DNA of 64,000 bases from Clostridia bacterium. Its GTDB lineage: Bacteria; Bacillota; Clostridia; Christensenellales; UBA1242. Shown here piece after piece: positions 44,806 through 54,303 of this stretch. Both the position numbers and the translations under genes were made by a program. Position 1 is the first letter of the stretch. Every line of letters begins with the position of its first letter. The stretch lies in NCBI GenBank assembly GCA_028709705.1, contig JAQVWL010000001.1, positions 25,728 through 89,727 on the forward strand. The letters are read 5' to 3'. The notes under the pieces are model-generated. The model ran no database searches and was not told where the DNA came from. It worked only from the letters and a program-made list of their open reading frames with translations.

Positions 44806-47034
44806 TTATTCCTTGCTGGCATCAAATATAAGTGAAAGCACATAGTCAAAATAGCGGTAGGGGATTGAGTTAATGCTTAAAGCATTAAATTTTTGAATTA
44901 TGTATTTTTCATCAGCAACAAGCGTGTCAGAAAGTTTATAAAAACAAACATAAGACAAACTTGCGTATGTTGATTTTTCGTTTATGTTTTTTTCAAACTC
45001 CAATTCGCAAATCAAGTTTAAAGAAGGCATTATATGTAGCATTGACTTAAATTCGAACTCCGTTTTTGCTTTGTTTGCAAAAAAATTGTTATTTAAAAGT
45101 GCTTTGCAAAAAGGTTTTGTGTTTACTACAACTCCGTTAAATCTGTTTATTCTAACATTTGTGTGATTGTAATCTAAAACATTAAATTGAGGTTTTTTAA
45201 ATTGTTCAAATGTTGGAAATTGGAAATAATTGAACCATTTTTCAAACCTAAAATCGCAGTCAAGCGGGTGAATAATGCCAATCAAAATGTCTGCATCTTT
45301 TTCTATATCGTTTTCAAAAATAGTTTTTCCCACCAAAAATTTTTTGTTTTTATCTTCCAAAACAAAAGCGTTGTTAAGTCTTCCAAATCTGTACTCACCA
45401 AACACCAAATTTTGACCAAGTTTTTTGAAAATCACATTGTCAAAAAACAAGGTTTTAAAAGTTTTTTCGTTATACATTTTTCCACATATAAAAGCATTAA
45501 ACAATCTTGTTTTTTGCAAATCAAACTCAGTTTTTGAAAAAACATTTGGCACAAGCAAGTCTTTGATATCATCAATGTTCATATTTGTATTTGTTGAAAT
45601 TAAGGAAATAAAATAATCATAATTTTCTTTTGCAAATTCGTTATTTTCAGTTATCAAATCTTTCAACAAATTAAGTATTAATATTTTTTTGCTATAAATT
45701 AAGCAAAGTGTAAGGTATTTTGCCTCTTTGTTCCTTTTTGTGTTGAAAAGAGTTTTTAAAAAACCTAACAAAATTTGGTCTTGTTGTTCATTTGCAAGCA
45801 AACTTATCAATCTTATGCACCATTTTGCTTGCAAAATATCATCTTTTTTTGAAATAATATCAATCATTTTCCCAACAAAATCTGTTAATCCATCTTTTTC
45901 AAAAATGTTGTTCAAAATTGAAAGTTTTTGCAAATTGATAAGATTTTTTTCTTCTTTAAAAAGGTAAATTAAAAAAGTGTATGCATTGTTGTTTAGTTCC
46001 ATTCCACTAACAAACTTTAATTTTAGTTTGTCAAATGGCAGACCCAAAATTCTTTCTTGCGGTTCTTTTATTTTTCTTCTTGTCGCATTCAAAAATTGCT
46101 TTTCAGATTTTATGTTAAGCGTATCACCAATGCCCATTTTGTTGGCAATAAGTTCTTTTACAACTTCATCTTTTGTGGCTGTATAAATATCCTTTACTCT
46201 GCCCATTGCCTCGGTATCTTTGTCCATATTAAGCATAATTTCCACAAATTTGGCTTGAATAGCGGGTTCGACCTTGGAAATTTCATTGTCAATATAAAAA
46301 AGCACATCTCGTTTGTATAACTTCATAAGCGATAAATTTTTTTCTAGGTCCGCTTCTTTGTTGTTTAAATAATCATTTATCAAATTTTCAACACCTTTTT
46401 TTGTGTTAAAATCCAAAATGGCAGTCAAAGTTTTGTATCTATAATCTGGGTTGTTTGCAACAAAATTTATAAACCAATTTTCGTTTTCGTTCCAAAAATT
46501 CTGCAAATAAACTAGTGCGGGGTTTTTCCATTTGCAAAAACCTGCTTGATTTTCACACTTATAAATCTCAATCAAAAAAGGTATATACAATTCATTTTTT
46601 ATATTTCCATTTCTAACAATTTCAATAAATCTGTCAAAATTGCGTTCATAAAAATATTTTGACTCGGCTGAATTGTAAACTTTTGTTCCTATGTGTGCAA
46701 CAAAAATTTTGCTAACAATTGTATAAATCGCATCATATTTTTTTGCAGTAAGAAAAAGTTTTGTTATGTTGCAAATAACTTTTAGATAATCGTTTAATTG
46801 AAAAATTAAAGAACACAAATCTTCAATTTTTTTTGTTTCTAATATTTTTTCGGTCAAACAAGTTGCCAATTCCGTTGTAATTTTGTCGCTCGCAAAGTCA
46901 AAAACATAATTGTTTTCTTTCAAAAAACTTTGATTTTCCACGCCCAAAAGGTTGTTCAATTTGTCATAAATTTGGTCGACATTTCTTAATATTTCCATAA
47001 TACTAATTGTATATAAATTTTTTTCAAAAAACAA
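44806..47034 (-). CDS. Large hypothetical protein, C-terminal region DUF4132-like (742 aa; start uncertain, alternative ATG at 46998)
   Basis: IGIIHPLDCDFRFEKWFNYFQFPTFEQFKKPQF resembles the HP.el...W....QPF.Q core of DUF4132 as recalled. The rest is helical-repeat-like. Confidence 0.5.
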   Translation of the reverse strand: MFFEKNLYTISIMEILRNVDQIYDKLNNLLGVENQSFLKENNYVFDFASDKITTELATCLTEKILETKKIEDLCSLIFQLNDYLKVICNITKLFLTAKKYDAIYTIVSKIFVAHIGTKVYNSAESKYFYERNFDRFIEIVRNGNIKNELYIPFLIEIYKCENQAGFCKWKNPALVYLQNFWNENENWFINFVANNPDYRYKTLTAILDFNTKKGVENLINDYLNNKEADLEKNLSLMKLYKRDVLFYIDNEISKVEPAIQAKFVEIMLNMDKDTEAMGRVKDIYTATKDEVVKELIANKMGIGDTLNIKSEKQFLNATRRKIKEPQERILGLPFDKLKLKFVSGMELNNNAYTFLIYLFKEEKNLINLQKLSILNNIFEKDGLTDFVGKMIDIISKKDDILQAKWCIRLISLLANEQQDQILLGFLKTLFNTKRNKEAKYLTLCLIYSKKILILNLLKDLITENNEFAKENYDYFISLISTNTNMNIDDIKDLLVPNVFSKTEFDLQKTRLFNAFICGKMYNEKTFKTLFFDNVIFKKLGQNLVFGEYRFGRLNNAFVLEDKNKKFLVGKTIFENDIEKDADILIGIIHPLDCDFRFEKWFNYFQFPTFEQFKKPQFNVLDYNHTNVRINRFNGVVVNTKPFCKALLNNNFFANKAKTEFEFKSMLHIMPSLNLICELEFEKNINEKSTYASLSYVCFYKLSDTLVADEKYIIQKFNALSINSIPYRYFDYVLSLIFDASKE

Positions 47035-47040
47035 GCAAAA

Positions 47041-47388
47041 TTATTCTTTTTCAAACTTATAACAACTTTTTTCGGCAAATAAGGCAATATAAATATTTTT
47101 TTTGTCAAATATTGCATCAATTTGTGCGTTGTTTAAAATATCTCTAACCAAAATTTTGAAATCGTGCATAGAAAAATCTTTTTTTAGGTTATATATGTCA
47201 AAAAATTGTGCTTCTAGGGGATAATATTCAAAACTAAAAGCAATATCTTGTTCAAGTTCGCACCCGCCCATACTAATATAAAAGAAATCGCCTTGTCTAT
47301 GCAAACAAAAATAAATATGTTTGACTTCAAAAGGTATTGGGTCATCTTCTTCAATGTTCAAAATCCAAGCAATAAAATATTTTGTCAT
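47041..47388 (-). CDS. Hypothetical small protein (115 aa)
   Basis: The ORF overlaps the upstream gene by 4 nt (ATGA) and ends 6 nt before the next ORF. No motif recognised. Confidence 0.45.
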   Translation of the reverse strand: MTKYFIAWILNIEEDDPIPFEVKHIYFCLHRQGDFFYISMGGCELEQDIAFSFEYYPLEAQFFDIYNLKKDFSMHDFKILVRDILNNAQIDAIFDKKNIYIALFAEKSCYKFEKE

Positions 47389-47891
47389 ATCAACCCCATA
47401 AAAATAACCAAACCAACACCAAGCAAAATAGAAACTATCAAAAAAACAACAGAAAGATTAAAGTATAAAAATTTCAAGTTTATAACTTTTGCTTGACTGA
47501 TTAACATTCTTGCCAAGTCAAAATCCATTTCATCGGGTTTGTAAGATTTGGGAAAGTTGTATCTTATTTTTATTTCGTTAACATAATCATATTCGTTAAA
47601 TTTCATTATCGTTTTGTAATACATTAAGTTGTCAATTTTTTTTGGTTTTTGTTTTTTAAAAAATCTGATGTGTCTTGCAAAAAGAGCAACAAAACCATAC
47701 AAAACAGAAACAAGTGCAAACACAATACAGCCACCTGCCAATATGCGAATATGTAAGTTTGTTGATGCAACAAAACTGCTTCCATAAACAATAACACCAC
47801 TTGCAAGGGCAATGGTAATAGCATATTTGCCTTCGGCAATTCTAAAACTGTCTATCAATCTTTCATATATATATTTGAGTGTTTGTTTCAT
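47385..47891 (-). CDS. Hypothetical 3-TM membrane protein (168 aa)
   Basis: Two N-terminal TM segments, a cytoplasmic helical segment and a C-terminal TM. The layout recalls DUF5706/Pycsar-effector-type proteins (weak, from memory). Confidence 0.5.
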   Translation of the reverse strand: MKQTLKYIYERLIDSFRIAEGKYAITIALASGVIVYGSSFVASTNLHIRILAGGCIVFALVSVLYGFVALFARHIRFFKKQKPKKIDNLMYYKTIMKFNEYDYVNEIKIRYNFPKSYKPDEMDFDLARMLISQAKVINLKFLYFNLSVVFLIVSILLGVGLVIFMGLI

Positions 47892-47901
47892 AAAAATATT
47901 A

Positions 47902-48744
47902 TTAGTTGTTTTTATAAATATTATTTATTTTTGTGGTAAGGGGATAGTTTAAAAATAATTTTTCTAATATATTTTCATTAATTAATTTAATTTTATTATC
48001 AAAAATTAAATAAATTAAATTAAATTTATTTTTTTTAATTAATTTTGCTATTTTATATATTTGTATTTCGCTTTTTACTGCAATTGTGTTAACAGACAAA
48101 ACTTGCTTATTTTTAAAGGGTTTAGACACAAAAGGTATGTTGATTAAATTATAATTGCCTACAAATTTTGTATCCATAGTTCCCAAAAAAATAAATATTG
48201 CCATAATAATAAATGTAAAATTAATATTATTTGTATAATTAAATAAAAAATAAATTAAAAAAATAAAAGAAATTAAATAATTAATTAAAAAACAATATTT
48301 TAAAGATTTTTTTCTATCAAACTTTTTTGACATAAGTCCAACAAATATTCTGCCACCGTCAAGTGGATAACAGGGAAGCAAATTCACCAAACCTGTGACA
48401 ATATTTGCAAAAACAAATTCTTGCGTATAGTTATAAATTAAGGGTTCAATCCACCAAAGTGCAATGCAAATAAAACCAAGAAAAAAATTTAGAATAGGAC
48501 CTGCAAGAGCAACAATTATTTCATCTTTTTCATCAACAAAATTTTGTTCAAGTGTTAGCCCCACTCCAAATGGCAACAAAAAAACTTTGTCAATTTTGTA
48601 GCCAAGTTTTTGGGCAACAAAAGAATGTGCCAATTCGTGCAGTATAACAACAAGCAAATACACCAAAAAAAGTTTGCTCAACCCAACAATTACAAAAACA
48701 ATTCCCAATGCAAAAAACAAGGGGTGAATACCCAACTTTTTCAT
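47902..48744 (-). CDS. M50-family site-2 metalloprotease, SpoIVFB-like
   Basis: VVILHELAHSFVA (HExxH) and NLLPCYPLDGGRIF (LDG) motifs. 280 aa. Its position after minD/minE recalls the Bacillus minCD-spoIVFAB neighbourhood. Confidence 0.75.
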   Translation of the reverse strand: MKKLGIHPLFFALGIVFVIVGLSKLFLVYLLVVILHELAHSFVAQKLGYKIDKVFLLPFGVGLTLEQNFVDEKDEIIVALAGPILNFFLGFICIALWWIEPLIYNYTQEFVFANIVTGLVNLLPCYPLDGGRIFVGLMSKKFDRKKSLKYCFLINYLISFIFLIYFLFNYTNNINFTFIIMAIFIFLGTMDTKFVGNYNLINIPFVSKPFKNKQVLSVNTIAVKSEIQIYKIAKLIKKNKFNLIYLIFDNKIKLINENILEKLFLNYPLTTKINNIYKNN

Positions 48745-48785
48745 ATGGTATTTTATGCTTGTTTAAGCATTAAAATCACAAAATA

Positions 48786-49028
48786 TTACTCTGGCAAACA
48801 GCCAAAGTTTTTCAAGCGTTTTGCTTGAACATCAATTTTCAGTTCATACACACTTTCGACAATGTCAAAATTTAAATTCAAATTTTTTATTTCCATATAA
48901 TTTTCAAACAAGGTAGACAAGTCGCTTCTCAAAAGTTTTAAAATTTGCTTTGGATTTTCCTTTTTGTCTTTTATCAAAACTTTTTCCAATCTTTTTTCGC
49001 CAATTTCGGCAACTCTTATATTCATCAA
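48786..49028 (-). CDS. minE: MinE-like topological specificity factor (short N-terminus)
   Basis: 80 aa, coupled to minD by an ATGA overlap. GEKRLEKVLIKDKK...LRSDLSTLFENYMEI resembles the MinE AKERLxLILxHDR...Y.EI pattern. Confidence 0.6.
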   Translation of the reverse strand: MMNIRVAEIGEKRLEKVLIKDKKENPKQILKLLRSDLSTLFENYMEIKNLNLNFDIVESVYELKIDVQAKRLKNFGCLPE

Positions 49029-49816
49029 ACTCTCCTTTTTATATTGCGTCTAATCACGCCCATAACACCACGATATCTATAAGTGCAATCATAAATTTTT
49101 TTTGAACCATTGTGTATGTTTTCTGCAAGGATTGAAAACGCCCTTGCACCACTTGTTCCACAAGCAAAAGACCCTAGCGAAGAAAGTGTTGCAATGTTGT
49201 CATCATCAGGAATAACGCCCAAAATTGGAATATTTAGCAGTTCAACAATTTTTTCTATTGAAATTATTTCTCCGTTTAAAAGCATATCGCCACGCACTCT
49301 ATTTATTACAAGATTTTTTGTGTGCAAATTATAATTTGAAAGAATGGAAAGAACTTTGTCGGCATCTCGAATGCTTGGAATATGTGGTGTTACAACTATC
49401 AAAGCCTCATTTGCAGAAAAAACTGCTCTATGAAATCCGTTTTCCACACCAGCGGGGCAGTCAATAAGAATATAATCAAAAGAAGGCGAAAGCATTTCGA
49501 CCACATTTTTTACATTTTCGCCCGTTATGTAATTTTTGTAATCAAGTTGGGCGGAAGGCATAACATAAAGTGTTGGATATCTGCTATCTTGAACAAGCGC
49601 TTGTTTGACTCTGCACTTTGCAGAAATAACATCGCTTATATCAAAAATAACCTTGTTTTCAATGCCCATAATAACATCAAGGTTGTTAAGTCCAATATCC
49701 GCGTCTATCAAAGCAACTCTAAAACCCAAATTTGCAAGTTTTACACCAAGATTGGCACAAACGGTAGTTTTTCCCACACCACCTTTGCCACTTGTTATAA
49801 CAATTTTTCTTGCCAT
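49025..49816 (-). CDS. minD: Septum site-determining ATPase MinD
   Basis: IVITSGKGGVGKTT deviant Walker A. Full-length MinD pattern. GGAG lies 6 nt before ATG 49816. Confidence 0.94.
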   Translation of the reverse strand: MARKIVITSGKGGVGKTTVCANLGVKLANLGFRVALIDADIGLNNLDVIMGIENKVIFDISDVISAKCRVKQALVQDSRYPTLYVMPSAQLDYKNYITGENVKNVVEMLSPSFDYILIDCPAGVENGFHRAVFSANEALIVVTPHIPSIRDADKVLSILSNYNLHTKNLVINRVRGDMLLNGEIISIEKIVELLNIPILGVIPDDDNIATLSSLGSFACGTSGARAFSILAENIHNGSKKIYDCTYRYRGVMGVIRRNIKRRV

Positions 49817-49914
49817 AAATATCTCCATTTGCAGTTTAATACAAATTACAAAAAAAAGAAAAAGAACTATTTGGTAAAAAATATCTTTTTCTGTCTTTTA
49901 TTAAAATTAATTTG

Positions 49915-50886
49915 CTAATTTCCAAGAAGTTTTGCCAAACCCAGCACTGTGTTGTTATCTGAATTTTCAGAAACCTCACAACTAATGCCAAGTTCTTTTG
50001 ACAAAAACTTTTCCACTCCTGTAAGATTTGACATACCACCTGTGATTGTTATTTGATTGTTTATAATATCGCTAGAAATTTCGGGCGGGCATTCTTGAAT
50101 TGTTGCCTTTGCAACTTTGACAATTTCATTAAAATATGTTGTTAAGCAATCTTTTATATCTTTTGAAAACACAACACAACCACGTGGCGATTTGCTTTGA
50201 ATATCAATGCCAATAACTTCCATATTCAATGTGTCATTTTTGTACAAACTTCCCACATTTTTTTTCAAATTTTCAGCAGTCGCTTCGCCAATAAGCAGGT
50301 CATATTTTTCTTTTATTGTGCTAATAATTGAATTATCTATTGCCTTGCCACCAATTCCAAGAGTTGCACCTTTGACAATGGAAAGCAAGTTCATAACCGC
50401 AATGTCAGTTTTGGAACCGCCAATGTCAACAAGCATATAAGAATTTGTTGTGTCAACTTGTTTGCCAGCACCAATTGCCGAACAAATTGTTCCCAAAATA
50501 TGATGTATTTTTTTTATGCCTGCTTTTATGCACACTTGCTCATATTTTTGAATTTCGTTGCTATCAAGTCCGCAAGGAACTGCAACCATTGCTTCAATAT
50601 TTTTGAAGGATAATGAGTTAAACAATTTGCTTAAAGCATATTTCAAATAAAGCGTAGCATAGTCCACACTTTTTATTGTGCCTTCACTTACAGGACTAAA
50701 AGTTAAAATATCTTCGGCGGTTTTGCCTTGCATTTTTTTGGCTTCTGTTCCCATAGCAATGATAGAATAATTGGAATTTGAACCTTTAACCGAAATCAAA
50801 TTTGGTTCTTTAAAAACAATTCCCTCGCCCTTTTTGTAAATTGAAACAAAACTTCCGCCAATATCTATACCTAAATTGATTTTCAT
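49915..50886 (-). CDS. mreB: MreB-like actin-family protein (divergent)
   Basis: GIDIGGSFVSIY, MLVDIGGSKTDIAV and ITGGMSNLTG phosphate/adenosine motifs, collinear with MreB. Confidence 0.75.
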   Translation of the reverse strand: MKINLGIDIGGSFVSIYKKGEGIVFKEPNLISVKGSNSNYSIIAMGTEAKKMQGKTAEDILTFSPVSEGTIKSVDYATLYLKYALSKLFNSLSFKNIEAMVAVPCGLDSNEIQKYEQVCIKAGIKKIHHILGTICSAIGAGKQVDTTNSYMLVDIGGSKTDIAVMNLLSIVKGATLGIGGKAIDNSIISTIKEKYDLLIGEATAENLKKNVGSLYKNDTLNMEVIGIDIQSKSPRGCVVFSKDIKDCLTTYFNEIVKVAKATIQECPPEISSDIINNQITITGGMSNLTGVEKFLSKELGISCEVSENSDNNTVLGLAKLLGN

Positions 50887-50897
50887 TTGTTTTCCTT

Positions 50898-52049
50898 TTA
50901 TCCCAAAACAACTTGAACAATACTATCGCCCGAAATGTTGTTTATATAAAGTTTAACAGTGTCGCCTTTTTTAAAATTGCTAACCGCATAAAGAAAGTCG
51001 TTTCTTTTGTCAACTTTATAATAACCAGCATCTCCTTCTTGCGTTGCACTTGTGGTAGAAATTGCTTTTATTATGTCACCTTCAAACAAAATATTTTCAC
51101 AAGGACTGTTTGGATTTATAGTTTCAGTATATAATCCTTTTTCGGTAAACGTACTATTCATAAATCTGTCGTATCCCATAACATCAAGTTTTGGAAAACT
51201 ATAATTTGTTTCTGTATCTTCATCTTCTTCCAAAGTTGCAATTTCTTCAATAATGTTAATAATTGGGTAAATAGGAGTTGCAAAAAACAAAGAACTTGCA
51301 GTAACTGATGAAGAACTTGCAACACCCAAAGTGTTTAGGGCAAGCAAGTTTCCATCCATATCAAAAAGCCCGCTTCCGCTACTGCCGTTGCTAATTGGCG
51401 CTGTGTGCTGAATCATACTTTCATAAATTCTGCCATCAGAACTTGATGTTCTTTCCATATCGCAAGAGATATAACCCCTTGATGCTGTTCCGTAAAGCGA
51501 CATATCATAAGGCGTGCCAATCGTCCAAACATCTTCAAAATATTCAAGTCTATTATCACTATCAATCCACTTATCTGCCATTGTTACAAAAGGCATATTG
51601 ACGTATTCACTTCTAATAATTGCCAAATCAAAAGCACTGCTCGACCAAAGCAAACTGGCATTTGCATAAGTCATTTCGCCATCAATCATAAACTGAATTT
51701 TTATATAATAAGCACTAGGATATGAGTCAACATTGCTTATAACGTGCCAATTTGTTGCAATATAACCGCCCGAATAAACAGCAACACCACTTCCCATAGA
51801 AACCGCATTATTGGTATCTGAATTATAAATCAAAACAGTTGCTGTTGCTTCTCTGTAACTGCTTACCATATCAGAAGGGCTTGTTTCGGCGGTTAATTCT
51901 ATTGCTTGCAAATTTGTTATTGTGCTGTCAAAGTTTTGAGAATTGTTGGAAGAATTAGAATCGTTTGAACTCAATTCTGTTCCACAACCTGTGTTAAAAA
52001 CCATTACAAAAATGAACACAAAACACAATAAAATTTTTTTATAACTCAT
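50898..52049 (-). CDS. Trypsin-like (S1) serine protease lipoprotein with a C-terminal PDZ-like region
   Basis: Lipobox VFNTGCG. Catalytic-triad context TNWHVI, a DLAIIR aspartate, and GSSGSGLF. Confidence 0.8.
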   Translation of the reverse strand: MSYKKILLCFVFIFVMVFNTGCGTELSSNDSNSSNNSQNFDSTITNLQAIELTAETSPSDMVSSYREATATVLIYNSDTNNAVSMGSGVAVYSGGYIATNWHVISNVDSYPSAYYIKIQFMIDGEMTYANASLLWSSSAFDLAIIRSEYVNMPFVTMADKWIDSDNRLEYFEDVWTIGTPYDMSLYGTASRGYISCDMERTSSSDGRIYESMIQHTAPISNGSSGSGLFDMDGNLLALNTLGVASSSSVTASSLFFATPIYPIINIIEEIATLEEDEDTETNYSFPKLDVMGYDRFMNSTFTEKGLYTETINPNSPCENILFEGDIIKAISTTSATQEGDAGYYKVDKRNDFLYAVSNFKKGDTVKLYINNISGDSIVQVVLG

Positions 52050-52259
52050 TTTTTATCTCCTTATTATTTCTTTATAAATATACAAATACATTCAAAAAAA
52101 GTCAAATGATTGATGATAAATAAAAATTTGGTTTTTAAACTTAATTAAAATTATTACATTATTTAATTTAAGTAAAAAAAACAAATCTTTATTCTATTTT
52201 GCCTTATTCTTGACATAATATTTCTTTATGTGTTATCATAGCAAAAAGGAAAAATTTAG

Positions 52260-53573
52260 ATGAAAAAACCGTTAGTTGCAATAGTAGGAAGACCAAATGT
52301 TGGCAAAAGTTCTTTTTTTAATTATATAGTTGGCAAAAGAATAAGCATAGTTGATAGCAAGCCGGGGGTTACCCGAGACAGAGTTTATGCCGATGCTGAA
52401 TGGTGCGGGCATTTTTTTACACTTGTTGACACAGGCGGTTTAGACGCAAAAAGCGAAGATATTTTTCAAGAAAATATTTTCAGACAAGCGGAAATTGCCA
52501 TTGACTTGGCGGAAGTAATCATTTTTATTGTCGATGGCAGAGATGGTTTGACAAACAATGATTTAGAAATTGCAACTCTTTTAAGAAAGAGCAAGAAAAA
52601 TATTGTGCTTGTTGTAAACAAGTTGGACAATTTTGAAGTTGAAAAAACTTACGATTTTTATGAATTGGGTCTTGGCGAACCTTTTCCAATCTCAATCAAA
52701 CAGGCAAAGGGTTTGGGCGAAGTTTTGGACCAAGTTGTTGACTATTTTAAAGAAAAAGTTAGCGAAGAAGACACAAAAACAATCAAAATTGCAGTAGTTG
52801 GGCGACCAAACGCGGGCAAAAGTTCTATTGTCAACAAAATCTTGGGCGAAGAAAGAGTGGTTGTTAGCAATGTTGCAGGCACAACAAGAGATGCCATTGA
52901 CACTGATTTTAAATATAATGGCAAAGACTATACCATAATAGATACTGCGGGATTAAGGCGAAAAAGGGCGGTGGAATATCTAACTGTTGAAAGTTATTCA
53001 GTTCTTCGTGCAATGGAAGCAATCAAAAGAGCCGATGTTGTGCTTATTGTTTTTGACAGCAGTGAAGAAATTTCGGAGCAAGATGTAAGAATTGCAGGTT
53101 ATGTGCACGAAGAAGGCAAGCCGTCTTTGATTGTTATGAACAAATGGGACATAGTTGAAAAAGATGACAAGTCAATTATCAAATATAACAAAATTTTGGA
53201 AGAAAAATTAAAATTTATGAGTTATTTTAAACCGCTTTATGTTTCTGCATTAACGGGAAAAAGATTTGGCGAAATTATGTCGCAAGTTGAAACAGTTTTG
53301 GAAAATGCTTCAAGAAGAATATCAACGGGTTCGCTAAATGAGATTTTGGCAAATGCAGTTGTAACAAATGAACCACCTTTCAGAAAAGGCAAACGATTGA
53401 AAATAAAATATATAACACAGGCAAGCACCAATCCGCCAACATTTGTTTTGTTTGTTAACGATGCTGATGCAGTACACTTTTCATATTTAAGATATTTAGA
53501 AAATTATTTTAGAAGTGCGGTAGATTTTTCAGGCACACCGATCAATCTTATTTTAAAAGGCAAAGGAGATTAG
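52260..53573 (+). CDS. der: Ribosome-associated GTPase Der/EngA
   Basis: Two G domains (GRPNVGKSS, GRPNAGKSS; DTGG/DTAG; NKLD/NKWD) plus a KH-like C-terminus. Confidence 0.96.
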   Translation: MKKPLVAIVGRPNVGKSSFFNYIVGKRISIVDSKPGVTRDRVYADAEWCGHFFTLVDTGGLDAKSEDIFQENIFRQAEIAIDLAEVIIFIVDGRDGLTNNDLEIATLLRKSKKNIVLVVNKLDNFEVEKTYDFYELGLGEPFPISIKQAKGLGEVLDQVVDYFKEKVSEEDTKTIKIAVVGRPNAGKSSIVNKILGEERVVVSNVAGTTRDAIDTDFKYNGKDYTIIDTAGLRRKRAVEYLTVESYSVLRAMEAIKRADVVLIVFDSSEEISEQDVRIAGYVHEEGKPSLIVMNKWDIVEKDDKSIIKYNKILEEKLKFMSYFKPLYVSALTGKRFGEIMSQVETVLENASRRISTGSLNEILANAVVTNEPPFRKGKRLKIKYITQASTNPPTFVLFVNDADAVHFSYLRYLENYFRSAVDFSGTPINLILKGKGD

Positions 53574-53574
53574 T

Positions 53575-54285
53575 ATGATAATTGCATTAAAACTTGGTTT
53601 AATTGTTATTTTTTCTTATTTAATTGGCAATTTTAGTTTTGCAAGAATTATATCAAAAAAGAAAAACAGCGACATCACAAAACTTGGAAGTGGAAACCCC
53701 GGCACAATGAATATGCTTCGCAATTTTGGATTTAAAACAGGGTTGATTACTCTTATTTTAGATGCAGTAAAAGGTGCAGTTCCTGCGTTGGTAGGTTATT
53801 TGGCTTTTGGCGGTTCAAGTGGGGGTGCAATGGCATATATTGGCTTGTATTCTGCGGGCTTGGCGGTTGTGCTTGGGCATAACTTTCCCGCCCTTTACAA
53901 GTTTAAGGGTGGAAAAGGCGTTGCTTGTATGCTAGGCATTTTTCTTGTAGCAAGACCGCTTGAAACTTTGATTGTTATTGTTGTTGTGTTTGTTTATCTT
54001 TGTATTTTTGACTACGCTGCTTTTGGTTCGTTTATTTTAATAACTGCAATAACATTGTTTGAAGCATATAGAATTACCACAGCGGGATACCCTTATGAAT
54101 TGGCACTTATTCTAAAATTTTTGTTATTTGTTTTATTCTTTTTGTGTTGGTTTATGCACAGGCAAAACATTTTTAGAATGTTAATTGGCAAAGAAAATAA
54201 AGTAAATTTATTAAAATCTATAAAAAAACTTGGCAAAAAAGCCAGAAAAGAAAAAAAAGAAGCCAAACAAAAAGATATTGGCTAA
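53575..54285 (+). CDS. plsY: Glycerol-3-phosphate acyltransferase PlsY (lysine-rich C-terminal tail)
   Basis: GSGNPGTMN, HNFP and FKGGKGVA motifs. Confidence 0.93.
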   Translation: MIIALKLGLIVIFSYLIGNFSFARIISKKKNSDITKLGSGNPGTMNMLRNFGFKTGLITLILDAVKGAVPALVGYLAFGGSSGGAMAYIGLYSAGLAVVLGHNFPALYKFKGGKGVACMLGIFLVARPLETLIVIVVVFVYLCIFDYAAFGSFILITAITLFEAYRITTAGYPYELALILKFLLFVLFFLCWFMHRQNIFRMLIGKENKVNLLKSIKKLGKKARKEKKEAKQKDIG

Positions 54286-54303
54286 AATCAAAAACTTCAA
54301 TAG

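Noticed and set aside
47385-47891. Calling the block a Pycsar/CBASS-type defence system
   Set aside because: No cyclase or other sensor enzyme is adjacent. The similarity of the TM protein to known effectors is only a recollection of overall layout. It is kept as a low-confidence finding, not a call.
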